Source of the DNA: a virus
Reading direction: 5' to 3' (one strand)
Virus record (IMG/VR): IMGVR_UViG_3300012973_000014
Span: 22 to 64,021 of that record
Length of the DNA: 64,000 nucleotides
Shown here: positions 1 to 8,939 of the stretch, piece by piece
Numbering within the stretch: the stretch's first letter is position 1
Layout: the number at the start of each line of letters is the position of its first letter
Notes under the pieces: generated by a model
What the model was told of the DNA's origin: nothing
The model's input: only the letters and a program-made list of their open reading frames with translations
Databases searched by the model: none
Program-made: the position numbers and the translations under genes

Positions 1-2
1 TG

Positions 3-92
3 GAGCAGATGAAGCAGAGAATCATCCAAGCAGATGAGTATCTGAACACGGGGCTGGAACTGGATTTGATAAATGAATATTACAAGAAATGA
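3..92 (+). CDS. C-terminal end of an upstream ORF (partial, runs off the window start)
   Basis: Open frame from the window edge to TGA at 90-92. ATGA overlap with the next gene start. Confidence 0.3.
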   Translation, partial: EQMKQRIIQADEYLNTGLELDLINEYYKK

Positions 93-322
93 GTGCATTA
101 GAACATCAAGAAGGCGGTATCCACTATCTAAAGCGTGAGATACAGCCAATAGAATACATTGCAAAAAACAACCTCAACTTCTCAGAGGGTAATATTGTGA
201 AGTACATCACACGTCACAGAGATAAGAATAGAGACGAGGATATCAGGAAGATAATTCACTATGCTAAGTTTATCCTTCAACTGGAGTATGGTTACACCGA
301 AGAACAATTAAAAGAACTATGA
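89..322 (+). CDS. hypothetical small phage protein (DUF3310-like by memory: 'IQPIEY...GNIVKY' pattern)
   Basis: 77-aa ORF, start overlaps the upstream stop. Motif resemblance only. Confidence 0.45.
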   Translation: MSALEHQEGGIHYLKREIQPIEYIAKNNLNFSEGNIVKYITRHRDKNRDEDIRKIIHYAKFILQLEYGYTEEQLKEL

Positions 323-555
323 GAGGACCTGAAAACATCGTAAAATTTCACCTTTCCCGGCACAAAGACGACGCAAAAGAATGCACACCTAAAGACTGGG
401 ATAGAATTGCCGAGGCTGAAAAGCTGCGCTATATTGACTGGGGCAGAGCTGCAGACCTCGAGGATGAAGCTGAGTCAGAATACGCAAGACGAGTACTGCA
501 CAGTATAAGAACTTACTTGTATCACATGGAAGAAGCATCAGCAGGATTGTTATAA
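319..555 (+). CDS. hypothetical protein
   Basis: 78-aa ORF, ATGA overlap with the upstream gene (translational coupling). Confidence 0.4.
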   Translation: MRGPENIVKFHLSRHKDDAKECTPKDWDRIAEAEKLRYIDWGRAADLEDEAESEYARRVLHSIRTYLYHMEEASAGLL

Positions 556-556
556 T

Positions 557-1201
557 ATGGACCAATCATATCTAATACTGAAAGACTTATACGCCCTCAG
601 TTCAATCTTTTACATTAAGGGTATCGCGGACGCTAACACCGTCTGCGACCCTTATCTTGTAGAAGAGATAATAGAACGGGACGACAACTACACCACACTG
701 CAGATAATAGTTGATGACCAGATATGGGAACAGGAGCCGGACGACTATATCCTGAATGTCACCCAAGCAGCATCTGCTCATAATCTGCTTTATATCCGAA
801 ACTTTATTTTGCATACAGCATCAGGAGTGATGAAAAAAGCATTATGCTGCCTCATGGATTACCTATATAGGCAGGGATTGAAAAAGCACGTGCTTTACGA
901 TGGACATCAGCCCGAAAAAATGCTCCGGGACGTTACCCCAAACTGCGCACAATACCTGACACCAAAAGGCAAGATGACACAAGCGGCATGGCACGACCAA
1001 CTCAGACAGTACATCATGCAGATAAAGCTTGTCCATACCAAAGTAGAACACCCCTCTATAATGCAGAATCTCAATGAGTTTATGGCGGTAGTATTAAAAA
1101 ATAAAACAGAACTTAATGAAGCAAAATTTCTAGAAAATGAAAGAAGATTATTCATCCTCTCGGGCGGAAATATTCCAACTAAACGAAGCGAGAACATCTA
1201 A
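557..1201 (+). CDS. hypothetical protein
   Basis: 214-aa ORF, tightly packed in a + strand operon. Confidence 0.5.
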   Translation: MDQSYLILKDLYALSSIFYIKGIADANTVCDPYLVEEIIERDDNYTTLQIIVDDQIWEQEPDDYILNVTQAASAHNLLYIRNFILHTASGVMKKALCCLMDYLYRQGLKKHVLYDGHQPEKMLRDVTPNCAQYLTPKGKMTQAAWHDQLRQYIMQIKLVHTKVEHPSIMQNLNEFMAVVLKNKTELNEAKFLENERRLFILSGGNIPTKRSENI

Positions 1202-1217
1202 TATCAACAGGGCAATA

Positions 1218-1487
1218 ATGGTCCCATTCGGCTACCCAAAGAACTTTGACCTATGCGATAGAGCCGAACTGGGCGATTTTATTCACTTTAAAGACGGAAA
1301 AGTCTATAAAATCAAGGCCCGAGTAGTGCTATTCGTTCAAAGTCCTATGGCAGAATGCATGGCTCAGATGATATACAACAAGACAATGAAAGAAGTCCTT
1401 CAGGATTTTCAGGAGAAACACAAGAGAGATATACAGTTAGACAAAATAGCAGTTATAATCTACGAAGCAAAGGAGGCAAAATTATGA
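1218..1487 (+). CDS. hypothetical protein
   Basis: In-frame ATG at 1218, just after the upstream stop (ORF track 1137..1487). Confidence 0.4.
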   Translation: MVPFGYPKNFDLCDRAELGDFIHFKDGKVYKIKARVVLFVQSPMAECMAQMIYNKTMKEVLQDFQEKHKRDIQLDKIAVIIYEAKEAKL

Positions 1488-1693
1488 CAACACCTAACGG
1501 ATTTTACATGATTTACGTGGAAGGACAAAATGGTCCTACACGCCAGCACCTAACTTACCATGACGCTAAAAAAGAAGCTGAGAGACTTGCAAGACTAATG
1601 CACAAAAAAACATACATTCTAGGCACGATTGAATGCTTGGAAGTAAATGATATAATCAGTACTAAGTGTAATGTTAGCGAAATACCGTTTTAG
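1484..1693 (+). CDS. hypothetical protein
   Basis: Start ATG at 1484 preceded by AAGGAGG. ATGA overlap with the previous gene. Confidence 0.45.
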   Translation: MTTPNGFYMIYVEGQNGPTRQHLTYHDAKKEAERLARLMHKKTYILGTIECLEVNDIISTKCNVSEIPF

Positions 1694-1696
1694 AGT

Positions 1697-2902
1697 ATGG
1701 AAAAACTAAGAATATTTACCGCCTTCAGTGGCTATGACAGTCAATGTATGGCACTTGACCGACTTCAAATAAACTATGAACTTATCGGGTGGAGCGAGAT
1801 TGACAAATATGCCATTCAAGCCCATAATGCTATCTATCCTCAATGGGCTGATAGAAACTATGGGGACATATCCAAGATAAACTGGGATGAAGTTCCTAAC
1901 TTTGACTTATTCACTTATAGTTTTCCTTGCACAGATATCTCCATAGCCGGCGCTCAAAAAGGATTTGAAGAAAACTCTGGTACAAGAAGCTCTCTACTCT
2001 GGGAGTGCAGAAAAGCCATTCTCACTAAGAAACCTAAATATCTATTATTGGAGAATGTCAAGGCACTGGTTCAAAAGAAAAATATCAGAAGTTTTAACAA
2101 ATGGCTAACTGAACTGGAGTCTTATGGGTATACAAACTTTACCAAAGTCCTTAACGCTAAAGATTATGGGGTTCCACAAAATAGAGAAAGAGTATTTGTA
2201 GTAAGCATTAGAGAGAGAGGTAGTTATGAATATCCTAAACCGTTTAAGTTAAATAAATGTATGGAGGATATTTTAGAAGATAAGGGGTATCCTATAAATA
2301 CCGACAGTATGGGAAACTGTAGGACTATACGAGCACAATACCACAAAAATAGCATTGCAAATTTTTTAGCCAAAGACGGTAAAAGCGCTACAGGAATAAT
2401 TATTAACCCATTAAAAGGTATATCTGGCAAAGGATGGCACTATGAACAAAATGTATATGACCCAAACGGTATATCCAGAGCGATTAAAGTTGGAGGTGGT
2501 AGTGGAAATATTCCCAAGATTATTCAAATCGGCAATATATACCCGGATAAACCAAACTTTAAAAATCGCACATCAGGGAGGATATATGACAAGAGAGGTA
2601 TATCACCAACGAGAAATACTTGCCAAGGCGGTGGACACGAGCCTAAAATATTAGATAAATCCAATATCCGCAAACTAACGCCAAGAGAGTGCTTCCGTCT
2701 TATGGGTGTAAGTGAAGAAAATATTGATAAAATACAATCTGCAGGAATAAGCAACTCTCAACAATATAAGTTAGCCGGTAATTCAATAGTTGTGGATGTT
2801 TTGTATTATATTTTTAAGAATTTATTATGTACGACCTCAGACCATACCAATCAGACCTTATTTTCCGCACAAGGCAATCACTCGCCAAACACAAACGAGT
2901 GA
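1697..2902 (+). CDS. dcm: DNA (cytosine-5)-methyltransferase
   Basis: Motif I 'FTAFSGYDS' (FxGxG), motif IV 'FPCTDIS' (PC catalytic Cys), motif VI 'ENV'. 401 aa. Confidence 0.85.
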   Translation: MEKLRIFTAFSGYDSQCMALDRLQINYELIGWSEIDKYAIQAHNAIYPQWADRNYGDISKINWDEVPNFDLFTYSFPCTDISIAGAQKGFEENSGTRSSLLWECRKAILTKKPKYLLLENVKALVQKKNIRSFNKWLTELESYGYTNFTKVLNAKDYGVPQNRERVFVVSIRERGSYEYPKPFKLNKCMEDILEDKGYPINTDSMGNCRTIRAQYHKNSIANFLAKDGKSATGIIINPLKGISGKGWHYEQNVYDPNGISRAIKVGGGSGNIPKIIQIGNIYPDKPNFKNRTSGRIYDKRGISPTRNTCQGGGHEPKILDKSNIRKLTPRECFRLMGVSEENIDKIQSAGISNSQQYKLAGNSIVVDVLYYIFKNLLCTTSDHTNQTLFSAQGNHSPNTNE

Positions 2903-4314
2903 TTATGCAAGCTCCTACCGGAGCCGGGAAATCTCTGATTATCGGAGAGATGGCCAGACTTTGCTCCCTAAAAGGGAGTAAGGTCTTGGTCGTTGCGCAT
3001 AGGACAGAGATTGTGAACCAGAATGCGGAGGCTATAGAGGAACGTGAAACGCGTTGTAGTATCATTTCTCCTAAAACTCGCTCTATACCAACCACCTCAG
3101 TAAGTTCTGCAATGGCGCAAACACTATTGCGTAGGATAGAGAAAGAGGATTGGGCCTCATATATAGCCAGTGTAGACATGCTCATCATTGATGAGGCTCA
3201 CGATAGCTCAGCAAACTTTCTCTTTGACCATATATCCAAAGACTGCTATGTGATAGGATTCACAGCTACTCCAGTCAGATACGGCAATCAGAGACAGCTG
3301 GGATACGACTACAACGATATTGTGCTGGGGCCACAAGTACAAGAATTGATAAACCTCGGATTCCTGTGTAAGTGTCGTCTTTTTTCGCTTGACGCACCCA
3401 AAATGGATGACGTGGACTTTGATTACGGACGAGGAGACTACTCACTTACTCAGATGGCTAATAAATTCAAATCCAAAGCCAGATACACCGGCACAGTAGA
3501 CAATTGGGAAAGAATTGCAAAAGGGACCAAAACAATCGTTTTTTGCTGTTCTTCCGAACAAACGATAGAGATTACCAAAGAGTTTGTAAAACGAGGATAT
3601 AGGGCTAAATATTGCCTTTCTGGCAGCTTTGATGAGGACGCGGAGTATTCAGGAGAGAGAAAAGAGATTATAGACGCTTTCGCAAGAAATGAATTTGACA
3701 TTCTGGTTAACCTAGGTATCCTAGTCGCAGGGTTTAACGAGAAAAGTGTCAAAACATGTGTTCTCTGTTACTCAACTATAAGCATCACAAAATTTCTACA
3801 GTCAATCGGACGCGCCAGTCGCCCCCACCCATCCAAGAACGGAGAATTTCTACTACTGGATATGGGAGCCAACTTTGAGAAACTGGGCCGTTACGAAGAT
3901 GACCGCAAGTGGTATCTATTCCATAATACAGGGAAAGGAGGAGGACCTGCACCTGTGAAAGAATGCGATATTGAAAAAGGAGGATGCGGACGAATCCTAC
4001 CAATCCAAGTCCAAGACTGTCCATTCTGCGGTTATCATTTTCCAACAAGACAAGAAGAGTATGAGGTAGAACTGCAAGAAATAGTAGCAAAATCCCATAG
4101 TGGCCCAGAGACAATCCAACAGTACGCCGCAAGGAAGAAACTAGAAGGATGGAGCAATCCGCGCATACTAGCATCTCTATGCGCCAAGAACCCTCACAAT
4201 CAGAAGGAGGTATTTATGAAAGCCATAGAGGTACTGAATACTAATCATGGCGCAAAAATTACACCCGCGTATTGGTTTTTCTTCAAAAAGAATATACTTT
4301 CCAAGAAAAAATAA
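2827..4314 (+). CDS. SF2 DEAD/DEAH-box helicase (phage DNA helicase, type III res-like) with C-terminal Zn ribbon
   Basis: 'LRPYQ' Q-motif, Walker A 'APTGAGKS', 'IIDEAHD' (DEAH), C-terminal 'CGRI...CPFCG'. Overlaps the MTase 3' end by 76 nt in another frame. Confidence 0.8.
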   Translation: MYDLRPYQSDLIFRTRQSLAKHKRVIMQAPTGAGKSLIIGEMARLCSLKGSKVLVVAHRTEIVNQNAEAIEERETRCSIISPKTRSIPTTSVSSAMAQTLLRRIEKEDWASYIASVDMLIIDEAHDSSANFLFDHISKDCYVIGFTATPVRYGNQRQLGYDYNDIVLGPQVQELINLGFLCKCRLFSLDAPKMDDVDFDYGRGDYSLTQMANKFKSKARYTGTVDNWERIAKGTKTIVFCCSSEQTIEITKEFVKRGYRAKYCLSGSFDEDAEYSGERKEIIDAFARNEFDILVNLGILVAGFNEKSVKTCVLCYSTISITKFLQSIGRASRPHPSKNGEFLLLDMGANFEKLGRYEDDRKWYLFHNTGKGGGPAPVKECDIEKGGCGRILPIQVQDCPFCGYHFPTRQEEYEVELQEIVAKSHSGPETIQQYAARKKLEGWSNPRILASLCAKNPHNQKEVFMKAIEVLNTNHGAKITPAYWFFFKKNILSKKK

Positions 4315-4380
4315 CTATCTTTGCATTGAAATTCATAACTATTTGTTTTTAGCATATTTGTATTTAAAGTTGGTTAATAA

Positions 4381-4411
4381 AAACCGCTCAGCTGTGAAGC
4401 CCAGCGGTTTT
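4381..4411. terminator. bidirectional intrinsic terminator hairpin
   Basis: aaaCCGCTcagctgtgaagcccAGCGGtttt. A-run and T-run flank the stem. Lies between the convergent + and - operons. Confidence 0.5.
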
Positions 4412-4417
4412 AAAAAC

Positions 4418-4493
4418 AGTCCAGTGGTGTAACGGTGAACACGCCGAGCAAGTCCCGGGGCCGGAGAAATGAGTTCGATTCTTGTCTGGACTA
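4418..4493 (+). tRNA. tRNA-like element (possible degenerate tRNA or tRNA-derived fragment)
   Basis: 76 nt. Perfect 7-bp acceptor AGTCCAG/CTGGACT, D-arm GTGT/ACAC with GG loop, canonical T-loop TTCGATT. The anticodon stem pairs poorly (3 of 5) and position 33 is A. Confidence 0.25.
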
Positions 4494-4695
4494 CTTATTC
4501 CATTATGGGATAAATGTGTCAATTTTTTCTGTCATAGTCGTTCCGTCGGGAGACGCAACTATTCATTCAATTTTTCATAAAGAAACACACGCGAAAGGCT
4601 CCCATAAGGAGCCTTTTCTATTTTACTGCGATACATATTTAAAATTGTAAGTTTTATTTCTTAAACAGAGTAAGTTTAGAGACATTACTCAGGTC

Positions 4696-4995
4696 TTAAC
4701 TAAAAGGCAAATCCCCTCCCTTCGGAGCCTTCTCTGTAACCTCTACCTTCCACGCTCTCACAGTAGTAAACCACTTACCCTGCCACTCACGCGAAGATAC
4801 ATCACACTGAGCTGTAACCTTATCTCCTTCACCTAACTTGCCACAATTATCTCCAGCAACATCGACTGCCACATCTTTCGGAAATTTCTCATCCTCAATA
4901 TGCAACACTACTGTCTGGCTTGACCACTGTCCGCCATCCCTTTTTGCGCCGCTTTTTACTTCCAAAACGGCTTTAACTGTTCCTTTAATTTCCAT
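4696..4995 (-). CDS. DUF3127-like protein (OB-fold, putative ssDNA-binding; Bacteroidota/phage family)
   Basis: 99 aa. 'MEIKGTVKAVLEVKSG...' resembles the DUF3127 N-terminus by memory. Confidence 0.5.
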   Translation of the reverse strand: MEIKGTVKAVLEVKSGAKRDGGQWSSQTVVLHIEDEKFPKDVAVDVAGDNCGKLGEGDKVTAQCDVSSREWQGKWFTTVRAWKVEVTEKAPKGGDLPFS

Positions 4996-5614
4996 CTTCT
5001 TTTTCTATATTAAGTTGTGTTTTATAATCATATTCAATACCTTGTTCCAAACATCGGGCCCTATAGTTACAACACTTACATTCATCCACGGTGTCGTCAG
5101 TTTCCTCAATGGCTACCCTATACCTACAGTTCAAGCAGTTCTCAGGAAGATATATCCTCGGAGGCTCCGGCGCCGAATCAGCTTTCTCATCATAATCCAG
5201 AACCTTATTCATGAACTTCTCAATGATAGCGCCCTGTTTATAATCCAATGTACCATCCTCTATAGACTGCACCAAATCATTACTGATTTTCTTCATGATG
5301 ACCGACTTAATCTCACTGCCATCAAAGCTTTTTCCATCCACTTGCTCACCACCCTCACGAGGCTTACCACCAAAATGAACCTCCAACTGAGCCTTTCTCG
5401 TCTTGATATAGTCAACTGCATCGCTGTTTCTCAATAATCCGGCCATCATAGTATTGGACTCTGCCTGATTCTTACCTGCAGCACACAGGTATCTGAACAG
5501 AATCTTCGGGTCTCCAATTCTCAAAATGTAACAATCCAAGAACACCTGTTGTATTTCCGTGAGCTCAGACGCTCTATTCTTCAACCTTTTAGGCAACACC
5601 AAATCTACTTCCAT
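4985..5614 (-). CDS. terminase-small-subunit-like HTH DNA-binding protein with C-terminal Cys cluster
   Basis: N-terminus 'LTEIQQVFLDCYI...GKNQAESNTMMAGLLRN..VDYI' matches the TerS/P27-family HTH pattern. C-terminus CxxC...CKCC. Sits in the replication module, far from TerL. Confidence 0.4.
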   Translation of the reverse strand: MEVDLVLPKRLKNRASELTEIQQVFLDCYILRIGDPKILFRYLCAAGKNQAESNTMMAGLLRNSDAVDYIKTRKAQLEVHFGGKPREGGEQVDGKSFDGSEIKSVIMKKISNDLVQSIEDGTLDYKQGAIIEKFMNKVLDYDEKADSAPEPPRIYLPENCLNCRYRVAIEETDDTVDECKCCNYRARCLEQGIEYDYKTQLNIEKEDGN

Positions 5615-6036
5615 AATTCATTCCTCCAAACTATACTGCCAGCCCTAACTGTATCCAGATACGCCTTGACTACCTCTGGCCTTGTACCACCCTTTCTTCG
5701 CAGCATAAAGGACTGGAAATCCTCAAAATTATCAATAAATACAGCCCTGTCCGGCAATACATCCATCATCCACCTAGCCTGCTTCCTCAAATGCTCTACC
5801 TTGTGTCCGGCGCCTTCAAATTTCAACTCTATCCCCCATAAATAGCCGTCATCATCCACATACAGCAAGTCACACACACCCGGAGTCATACCTACACCTA
5901 ATTTTAGCGTAACCGCCTGACCCTCATTGATTACCGCAAAAAGCCTCCTGCCCTTCTCAGGGTAAGTATTCTTCCACCACAACACACACTGTTGCTGCAG
6001 CTGGGCCTCACTTCTCGGTTCTTTCATACTCCTCAA
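5605..6036 (-). CDS. VRR-NUC domain nuclease
   Basis: 'CDLLYVDDDGYLWGIELKFEGAGHKVEHLRKQARW' matches PDLxx..G..IE(V/L)K...Q..W. Confidence 0.7.
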   Translation of the reverse strand: MRSMKEPRSEAQLQQQCVLWWKNTYPEKGRRLFAVINEGQAVTLKLGVGMTPGVCDLLYVDDDGYLWGIELKFEGAGHKVEHLRKQARWMMDVLPDRAVFIDNFEDFQSFMLRRKGGTRPEVVKAYLDTVRAGSIVWRNELWK

Positions 6037-6238
6037 GATAATTCAACCACTTGTCTTGTACAGAACACCAGAAAGTTGCACCCTCCCTTGTCCCTTCAAA
6101 CAAAAATAAACTCAAAAGCCAGTCCCTTGGTTCTTCATTATCCAACTCTCCCAAGATAGGCCGCTCGCAATTATCATATACCTTTCCGACTACTCCAGCT
6201 TCGGTTAAAAATCGCAGAAATGCGCCTTTATAGTTCAT
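6008..6238 (-). CDS. hypothetical small protein
   Basis: ORF track 6008..6436. Start placed at a downstream Met to avoid overlap with the upstream gene. Speculative. Confidence 0.25.
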   Translation of the reverse strand: MNYKGAFLRFLTEAGVVGKVYDNCERPILGELDNEEPRDWLLSLFLFEGTREGATFWCSVQDKWLNYLEEYERTEK

Positions 6239-6284
6239 GCCGTTTTTGTTTGCAAATTTACATAAATTAATCGGAAAACCCACC

Positions 6285-7214
6285 CTATTGAGCTTTTTTC
6301 GATAAAATGTAGTCTGCAATATCCCACTTTTCACCAACTTGACCGCATTTTTGCCACCATTTCCACACTTTCCCCATTTTCCCCCACTCTTCAGCTGCGT
6401 CAACATCCGGTACAAGCCACACATCGTACCCATCAAGATTCTTTAACGCGCGAAGTCCATTCTTACCTCCACAGGCAACCCAGTTATACTCCGGATATTC
6501 CAAGTACGCTATAATCGCACTCTTTTCACTCTCCACAACAAAGACCGGCCTACCCTCCACAAGAGAGTCCTCTCCAAACAAACAATCCGCCCTATACCCC
6601 CACTTCCTTTTATACTTTCGCATAGGAGGACAGTCCTTGATACGGTGTCCATCCGGAGCATAAAACATCGTTTTATCAAAACAAATCCTGCCTTGTCGGT
6701 CCTTATACCAAAAACGAGTACCTATAACGCCAGAATTACGCTCTTTTAAGCCCGTAGAGACATTATATCTACCGAAAGCATCTCTTACCTTATCTAGCCC
6801 GTAAAAGCTCGTCAAAAAGCAAAAAAGAGGGCAAAACCATTTTTTATCCGCTCCACCCTGCTCAATGAACATCCAAGGTTCCACATACTTTACCGGTCCG
6901 ATATACTCATCATCACTAAAAACAAGCTCCTTCTTCTCCCGTCCAAGCAAAACCGCCCGAACCTGCTCATTACTCATCCGTCCATACTGGACCATCCAAG
7001 ACCATAACGTCATACCATTACCGCCCTGCTCCATAACCAACGGCATCCTGTCCCGCGTCCCCTGCTTAATGACCATCTTATCCCAACGGTCATGCGGAGA
7101 ACCGTCAAGCCGATAAGGGCCGTACCATAAACGGCCCCTCAGCTTTAACCGCGGCAATCCCATCAAATCCGGCAACTGCGCATAAACACTGTCCCAATCT
7201 ATCTCTTCTCGCAT
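6285..7214 (-). CDS. Toprim domain protein (putative primase or primase-associated)
   Basis: C-terminal 'VFVVESEKSA...ACGG...DVWLVPDVDAAEE' resembles Toprim Glu plus DxD. 309 aa. Confidence 0.45.
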   Translation of the reverse strand: MREEIDWDSVYAQLPDLMGLPRLKLRGRLWYGPYRLDGSPHDRWDKMVIKQGTRDRMPLVMEQGGNGMTLWSWMVQYGRMSNEQVRAVLLGREKKELVFSDDEYIGPVKYVEPWMFIEQGGADKKWFCPLFCFLTSFYGLDKVRDAFGRYNVSTGLKERNSGVIGTRFWYKDRQGRICFDKTMFYAPDGHRIKDCPPMRKYKRKWGYRADCLFGEDSLVEGRPVFVVESEKSAIIAYLEYPEYNWVACGGKNGLRALKNLDGYDVWLVPDVDAAEEWGKMGKVWKWWQKCGQVGEKWDIADYILSKKAQ

Positions 7215-7447
7215 AACTTCTCAACAACTACAGCGACAGCATAGTCATTAATCCATCTCAAGTTATCCTCGCTCGCAAGAGCCAGAGTGGTAGCCTTGTC
7301 CCTATTCAAGTCATACAAGATACCTTGTGCCCCCTGCTGGATAAACTCATCCAAGTCGGCAATCATCGGTCCTTCACAGGTCATGAAGACAACCTTGCCT
7401 TCTTTCGCCTTCTCGCGTACGAAATTTTTTAATTCTCCAAGTTCCAT
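7199..7447 (-). CDS. hypothetical protein
   Basis: 82-aa ORF in an operon. Confidence 0.4.
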   Translation of the reverse strand: MELGELKNFVREKAKEGKVVFMTCEGPMIADLDEFIQQGAQGILYDLNRDKATTLALASEDNLRWINDYAVAVVVEKLCEKR

Positions 7448-7986
7448 AATATCAATTCTTTAGCAAATGGCAATGATTCAACACAAGAGCAGAAAACTCT
7501 CCAATGAGGCAACCTATGATTCTTTCTCTGGTGATATATCCTCCTTAATGTCTGATAACTAAACATCTGGATACGCCTCTGCATAGTACCTTCCTTAAGT
7601 TCAGACTTCATCTTAACTAACTCATCCTCGCTCAAACTCTTGCCTTGTATGTGCATAGTAGATTCCGAACTTAACCTCTCTGTCCCCACCTTATAAGTAT
7701 CCATCTCCTGCCACCAAAAACGCGGTGCGTCAATATCTAAATACACAACAACACCCCTCAAAACCTTAGCGTGTTCATCGCCACGCTTAACAAGAGTCTG
7801 CAAGAGAGCTAAATCTTTATCAGATACCTTAACCTTAGTCAGTGTTCCTACAATAGGCTCATCACATGAGTAATCTTCACTCCAAGTAGAATCAACCTCA
7901 CTTCTACATTCTAAGCCAAAAGGCAAACGCAACGCCTCCAAAGCACTCGCAAAACCTGCTATTTCTATAACATTTACTTTAATCAT
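7429..7986 (-). CDS. hypothetical protein with weak ThyX-like (flavin thymidylate synthase) similarity; RHR motif apparently absent
   Basis: 'GDEHAKVLRGVVVYLDIDAPRFWWQEMDTYKVGTERLSSES' aligns by memory to the ThyX 'GHETPFEH..F.V.API...RQWFRHR..S.NE.SGRY' core, with QEM in place of RHR. Confidence 0.3.
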   Translation of the reverse strand: MIKVNVIEIAGFASALEALRLPFGLECRSEVDSTWSEDYSCDEPIVGTLTKVKVSDKDLALLQTLVKRGDEHAKVLRGVVVYLDIDAPRFWWQEMDTYKVGTERLSSESTMHIQGKSLSEDELVKMKSELKEGTMQRRIQMFSYQTLRRIYHQRKNHRLPHWRVFCSCVESLPFAKELILWNLEN

Positions 7987-8288
7987 TTCTGCTCCTCCTT
8001 AAACTTTTTAACCAAAGCATCAGCGAGACTGAAAGAATAATAAGCAATATCTTTCACGGTCCATCTGTCAAGCGTCTCTTTACGAGCCAATAACCTTTGC
8101 ATAGCCGCCACCGCAGCCTCCCATTTACGAGATTCCCATCCTTTCTCCTGAACCTCTTCCCATGAAAAAGTATACGGAGTAACTTCAGGCTCTTCTTCTA
8201 TATTTCGGATAGTACCCAAACAAACCTTGCCATCATTGGTGCGAATCCCGACACGCATACCCGGTTCTATTTTTACTTTCTCTCCCAT
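7983..8288 (-). CDS. hypothetical protein
   Basis: 101-aa ORF, 4-nt overlap with its neighbour. Confidence 0.45.
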   Translation of the reverse strand: MGEKVKIEPGMRVGIRTNDGKVCLGTIRNIEEEPEVTPYTFSWEEVQEKGWESRKWEAAVAAMQRLLARKETLDRWTVKDIAYYSFSLADALVKKFKEEQK

Positions 8289-8291
8289 ACC

Positions 8292-8660
8292 TTACCTATT
8301 ATCTCCGTTACCATCAATAGTACCACTCACCCTCCTTGCAGCAAGCTTATCAAGGTTTATCTGGCCAATATTCTCTAGTTTCCACCCCATGACTTCACAT
8401 ATACCTGCCACGCCCCATAAAATATCACCACACTCTTTAGCCACCAAGTCTTCCCACTCGTAAACATCGGCACCTGTAGCCTTATTCGTAAAGACAAGCT
8501 CATTACCATCAAAACGCATCTTCCCCTTACGGATAGCTTTTGAGAATTTACCCTGCAACTCACCTATCTCCTCCCCTAACATAAACAACATATAGAGAGG
8601 ATTTGCACTAGTCTCCATACAAGTAGTCATCGCAAGTTTTTGATATTCATTAAGTTCCAT
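8292..8660 (-). CDS. mazG: MazG-like nucleotide pyrophosphohydrolase
   Basis: 'LGEEIGELQ' (EExGE), 'KECGDILWGV'. 122 aa, all-alpha NTP-PPase. Confidence 0.75.
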   Translation of the reverse strand: MELNEYQKLAMTTCMETSANPLYMLFMLGEEIGELQGKFSKAIRKGKMRFDGNELVFTNKATGADVYEWEDLVAKECGDILWGVAGICEVMGWKLENIGQINLDKLAARRVSGTIDGNGDNR

Positions 8661-8669
8661 ATCTCCTCC

Positions 8670-8939
8670 TTATTTTTCGTTAATTTCCTTCCACGCAGTA
8701 TTACCTACTGCTCTTTTAATCTCATTACCGTCCTCATCCACCACCACAAGAGTAGGCAGACTCCTCACGCCAAACTTCTCAGCCATATCAATACCTTCAT
8801 CGGTATCCATATCCATAAACTTAAGTTCATAACCGGCTTCAGGAGCCTCTTTCTCTACAATGGGCTTGATAGCCCTACAAGAACTGCAGTAAGATGCAGT
8901 AAAGAAATACAATAACTTTTTCATAATTCTATAAATCAA
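8670..8939 (-). CDS. thioredoxin-fold protein (CSSC active-site motif)
   Basis: 89 aa. 'FTASYCSSCRAIKP' CxxC near the N-terminus. beta-alpha-beta pattern, cis-Pro context 'LPTLVVVD'. Confidence 0.6.
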   Translation of the reverse strand: MIYRIMKKLLYFFTASYCSSCRAIKPIVEKEAPEAGYELKFMDMDTDEGIDMAEKFGVRSLPTLVVVDEDGNEIKRAVGNTAWKEINEK

